Assembly: GCA_029938185.1 (NCBI GenBank)
Contig: JAOZVK010000003.1
Coordinates: forward strand, 1 to 41,182
From: Bacteroidales bacterium
GTDB lineage: Bacteria > Bacteroidota > Bacteroidia > Bacteroidales > JAOZVK01
Direction: 5' to 3'
DNA length: 41,182 bases
Shown: one piece after another, positions 38,806 through 41,182 of the stretch
Position numbering within the stretch: position 1 is the first letter of the stretch
How the letters are laid out: each line of letters opens with the position of its first letter
Notes under the pieces: generated by a model
Seen by the model: only the letters and a program-made list of their open reading frames with translations
Databases searched by the model: none
Told to the model about the DNA's origin: nothing
Made by a program: the position numbers and the translations under genes

Positions 38806-39237
38806 ATGGAACAATATATTAAACAACTAATTAATGATTTGAGAGATGCAGCACAGCGTACACGACCTATGAAAATGGAACTTGCTCCCGATTTGGAAGT
38901 TGTTAGAGGAGCAGAAGAGTATTTGTATGGCACGCAACATAAACTCGGTTCTCTTTTTGGTATTGAAAAAACAGCTTTTCCGCCTCTTACAAAGCTTAAT
39001 AATAATCAATTAGAACAACTTGTACCCGAAATTGAACGTTTATGGGCTAAATTTAATTTTTATCCTGTTTTTCCGGACAATTTGCCTGCAATTTATCGCT
39101 ATAAACTACTGATTGATAAATGGGACGAGCCTATGCAATATGTAACATCAGGAAGCATGTATATTGAATTTTGTGAATACGAAACTGAAAATTGTCCTTT
39201 TCCAAAAGAGTATTGCATGTGTACAGATTTTGACTAA
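38806..39237 (+). CDS. Hypothetical Cys-cluster protein, 143 aa
   Basis: Identical translation to 20471-20902. Confidence 0.8.
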   Translation: MEQYIKQLINDLRDAAQRTRPMKMELAPDLEVVRGAEEYLYGTQHKLGSLFGIEKTAFPPLTKLNNNQLEQLVPEIERLWAKFNFYPVFPDNLPAIYRYKLLIDKWDEPMQYVTSGSMYIEFCEYETENCPFPKEYCMCTDFD

Positions 39238-39326
39238 GGTCTTCGACTTATTTAATGTGGCTTACGCGTTCTTTTAACACTCTAACAATACGCAGTTTAA
39301 CAAAATGTAAATATCAAAAAACTTTT
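39235..39326 (+). mobile_element. MITE family A copy, right end truncated, overlapping the stop codon
   Basis: taaggtcttcgacttattta...aaaaaactttt. Confidence 0.72.
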
Positions 39327-39342
39327 AAGTCCCCCATACAAA

Positions 39343-39849
39343 ATGACTAATAATATAACAGGAACACATATAAATTACTACTTCATATGCAAACGCAAAT
39401 TGTGGCTGTTTGTAAATGGTATTCATATGGAACAAAATTCAGAGCTTGTTTATGAAGGCAAACTGATACATGAAACAACGTATCCGCAAAGAAGCGAAAA
39501 ATATGAAGAAGTTCAAATAGGTGGTATAAAAGTGGATTTTTATGATACGAAAAATAAAATTATACACGAACTCAAAAAATCAAACAAAATAGAAACAGCT
39601 CACGAATGGCAATTGAAATACTACATATATATATTTGAAAAAGCAGGAATGAGTGGAGTTTCAGGTGTTTTGGAGTATCCGAAACTAAGAAAAACAACAA
39701 AAATATATTTGTCTGATATTGACCGAGAACGAATTGTTGAAATTGAGAATGAAATTGAAAAAATTATTAATTCGGAAATATGTCCTGATATAATCAATAG
39801 TAAAATATGTAAAAGATGTAGTTATTATGACTTTTGTTATAGCGAATAG
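39343..39849 (+). CDS. cas4: Cas4 nuclease
   Basis: YYFICKRKLWL, ELKKS, QLKYY, C-x-x-C-SYYDFC Fe-S cluster ligands. Confidence 0.96.
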   Translation: MTNNITGTHINYYFICKRKLWLFVNGIHMEQNSELVYEGKLIHETTYPQRSEKYEEVQIGGIKVDFYDTKNKIIHELKKSNKIETAHEWQLKYYIYIFEKAGMSGVSGVLEYPKLRKTTKIYLSDIDRERIVEIENEIEKIINSEICPDIINSKICKRCSYYDFCYSE

Positions 39850-39851
39850 CT

Positions 39852-40025
39852 GGATAGACAGGATTATACTTTCAATGGTTCAATTATTCAATGATACAAT
39901 TATACAATATTTTGATTAATAGCTCATAACATTTTTATAAAAGTAAAATTTTTAACCTAATTTAGTATAATTGGATGAAAACAAATCCTGTTAATCCTGT
40001 AAATCCTGTCAAAAAAAACCTGTCA
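39852..40025. repeat. Dispersed REP-like AATCCTGT repeat
   Basis: ggatagacaggatt ... aatcctgttaatcctgtaaatcctgtc; same units at 1-36. Confidence 0.5.
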
Positions 40026-40056
40026 AAAAAATCCCTAAAAGAAAAATACTCAAATC

Positions 40057-41061
40057 ATGAAAAATAGTTATTATTTATTTAATCCAGGACGTTTAACTCG
40101 CAAGGATAATACATTGAAATTTACGCCGGTTGACAAGGAAGGCAAAGAGCAAAAGCCAAGATATTTGCCTGTTGAACAGGTTGGTGAATTATATATCTTC
40201 GGTTCGATTGATGCAAATAGTGCGATGTACAATTTCTTAGGAAAAAACGATATATCTGTACATTTTTTCGATTATTACGAAAATTATACTGGTTCGTTTC
40301 AGCCAAGAAAAAAATTATTATCAGGTAAAATGCTTGTAGCACAAACAAAAGCATATTTAAACAAAAAAATGCGTGTAGAAATAGCCAAAAAGTTTATTGA
40401 TGGAGCAAGTTATAATATGCTTAAAAATTTGCAATATTATAATAGAAGAGGCAAGGAACTGGAAAGCATTATTGAATATGTAGAAAAGTATAGAAATAAG
40501 CTGAATGAAATAAAAGAAATAGACGAACTGATGGGCTTGGAAGGTAATATTAGAAAAACTTACTACGAGGGTTTTGATTTAATATTAAATAATCATAATA
40601 TGGAAGGACGAAGTATGCGACCACCGCAAAATCCTGTTAATGCCTTGATTTCGTTTGGTAATATGATGTGCTATTCGCAGTGTATTAGGGCTATACATCA
40701 AACACAACTTGATGCTACAATAAGTTTTTTGCATAGTCCGGGCGACCGCAGATATTCGCTTTCGTTGGATCTTGCCGAAATTTTTAAACCAATTTTGGTA
40801 GATAGAGTTATTTTTAAAGTGCTAAATAAGGGTATGATAAAGAAACAAGATTTTGATAGTAAGGTGGGTAGTGTATTATTAAAAAATAAAGCAAAGCAAA
40901 TTTTTATTAAGGCTTTTGATGGCAGACTTTCGGAAACTATTATGCATAGAGCACTTAATAAGAATGTTAGCTATAAGCATTTAATAAAACTGGAATGTTA
41001 CAAATTGCAAAAAGTGTTATTGAAAATAGGTGAATATAAACCATTTAAGATATGGTGGTAG
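40057..41061 (+). CDS. cas1: Type I-B Cas1 integrase
   Basis: [40 protein letters not shown]. Confidence 0.97.
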   Translation: MKNSYYLFNPGRLTRKDNTLKFTPVDKEGKEQKPRYLPVEQVGELYIFGSIDANSAMYNFLGKNDISVHFFDYYENYTGSFQPRKKLLSGKMLVAQTKAYLNKKMRVEIAKKFIDGASYNMLKNLQYYNRRGKELESIIEYVEKYRNKLNEIKEIDELMGLEGNIRKTYYEGFDLILNNHNMEGRSMRPPQNPVNALISFGNMMCYSQCIRAIHQTQLDATISFLHSPGDRRYSLSLDLAEIFKPILVDRVIFKVLNKGMIKKQDFDSKVGSVLLKNKAKQIFIKAFDGRLSETIMHRALNKNVSYKHLIKLECYKLQKVLLKIGEYKPFKIWW

Positions 41062-41182
41062 TAAGGAGTTAAAAACTAAAAGTTAAAAGCTAAAAGTTTG
41101 TTCCCTTTATTTATTTGTAATATTAAGTACTTAAATGTTGCACAAAAATCTTCAATTATTCATATATGTATCAGATATTGAG

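Noticed and set aside
2856-39326. Family A repeats as an integron cassette array or a CRISPR
   Set aside because: Both orientations, irregular spacing, a nested insertion with TA duplication, no GTTRRRY core and no integrase in the window.
355-40354. Short antisense or overlapping ORFs of the track (e.g. 1047-1361, 4128-4412, 13459-13749, 27987-28313, 31960-32283)
   Set aside because: Shadow frames of long genes with no motifs. 2824-3069, 29753-29953 and 38417-38608 are read-throughs of MITE copies.
41062-41182. cas2 or CRISPR array after cas1
   Set aside because: No recognisable cas2 start or repeat in the remaining 120 bp; probably beyond the window.

Overview
AT-rich window that looks like Bacteroidota DNA (TTTG-N19-21-TAnnTTTG promoters, greA-HIT synteny, A-rich leaders with no Shine-Dalgarno). 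After a CHASE3 chemoreceptor, greA and a HIT gene, about 35 kb is one co-oriented CRISPR-Cas super-locus with four different type I effector modules. They are: I-B (cas8b-cas7-cas5, split by an AbiE toxin-antitoxin pair); a I-A-like/DevR module with a helicase-HD Cas3; a WYL-associated I-D module; and a second I-B module. One cas4-cas1 set follows, and no array or cas2 falls inside the window. The main hidden signal is two non-coding leaders (15489-15567, 29943-30017) built as long stem / 3' half of a CRISPR repeat (GGAATTGAAA) / short spacer / 5' half of a repeat (TTTAATYGAACCA) / long stem. This amounts to a split, circularly permuted single repeat. Each spacer matches its own upstream promoter next to the same CCT PAM-like triplet. 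One leader precedes a putative LPD3/BECR RNase toxin, which is faced by a convergent tandem-hairpin sRNA with its own promoter and terminator. Also present: candidate internal Cas11 starts in all four large subunits, duplicated cas6 and Cys-rich accessory genes framing the modules, a possible relic of a fifth Cas7, and several MITE families with visible target-site duplications. Family assignments come from motif recognition, not database searches.
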